Notes under the pieces: model-generated | The model's input: only the letters and a program-made list of their open reading frames with translations | Database searches by the model: none | What the model was told of the DNA's origin: nothing | In this document: piece after piece, positions 63,374-64,000 of the stretch | Position numbering within the stretch: position 1 is the first letter of the stretch | Layout: every line of letters begins with the position of its first letter | Program-made: the position numbers and the translations under genes | Origin: Ostrea edulis | Taxonomy: Eukaryota | Length of the DNA: 64,000 nucleotides | Assembly: GCF_947568905.1 (NCBI RefSeq) | Contig: NC_079171.1 | Coordinates: 59,582,001-59,646,000 of the forward strand | Direction of reading: 5' to 3'

Positions 63374-64000
63374 CTTCATGAATATTCATATATTTGAAGT
63401 TAGTTATTTAATCAGAGCTTGATGTGTTATAATTGCACTCATTATTTATCCTGTTTTATTAGTTAGCATTGCTTAAAATGAAAGATAAAATTTCGATCCG
63501 TGAATCATAAGATATCCTCTAAACGTCCCCATCATTTACATATGTCATCATAGGAAAGTTGTGTTCATTGCAATTTGAACAAAATAGTCTTGCTACTTCC
63601 TCCTGCAATAGGCTAATTAATTAGTATATTTGTATCTATATAGAATAACCACAACTAGAATCCAGCATTGCTAAATAAGTATATGGTTGCATTTAATACA
63701 AGTGACACCCCTTTTCAAGAGTATGCTTCATTAACGTTCAAGTTCATTTTGTATCAAAGAGCAAGGTAATTGAGAGCCGCTATCAGAAGAAAGTGTCTCC
63801 GAATCCAACACTAATTTAGCTTCTAAATTAGTGTTAATCTGGCATAAACTTTATCACCCCTTAGTACTAATATTCCAAAGAAATAATCAAACCGAATCAA
63901 ATAGCAATTAACCATTGTACATATATTGTAAATGTATATGATTATTGTTGTTGAATCAACATGTTGGACTACGTAAGTAAAATACATATTCTGAAAAAAA

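Noticed and set aside
1-64000. CRISPR array, rRNA or intact tRNA genes
   Set aside because: None seen; repeated motifs are TE-derived and lack regular repeat-spacer structure.

Overview
AT-rich, intron-rich animal DNA. The repeat families and receptor architecture point to a bivalve, probably an oyster (inference). Two tandem minus-strand multi-exon genes were reconstructed by hand from GT-AG sites with consistent phases. Gene 1 (38188-63373, 5' end outside the window) is a receptor-type protein tyrosine phosphatase: MEGF10/SCARF-like EGF-repeat ectodomain, TM helix, intact D1 ([10 protein letters not shown]) and inactive D2. Its ectodomain was recently expanded by a ~2.07-kb tandem triplication whose breakpoint creates novel truncated EGF exons. 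Gene 2 (ATG at 29490, running off the left edge) encodes a signal peptide, an F-type-lectin/F5-8C-like domain and at least 8 EGF exons, one of them frameshifted. Introns are packed with mobile DNA: ~17 pieces of a Penelope-like RT family, a 2.1-kb palindromic Penelope-like element with a minimal hammerhead ribozyme in each arm, a ~350-nt hammerhead-carrying retrozyme-like family (7 loci), Meta/Deu-type SINEs, and remnants of LINEs, a Crypton recombinase, a Sola-like transposase, a Helentron-type satellite element and MITEs. No rRNA, convincing tRNA or CRISPR array. All calls are by eye; no database search was run, and repeat boundaries are approximate.
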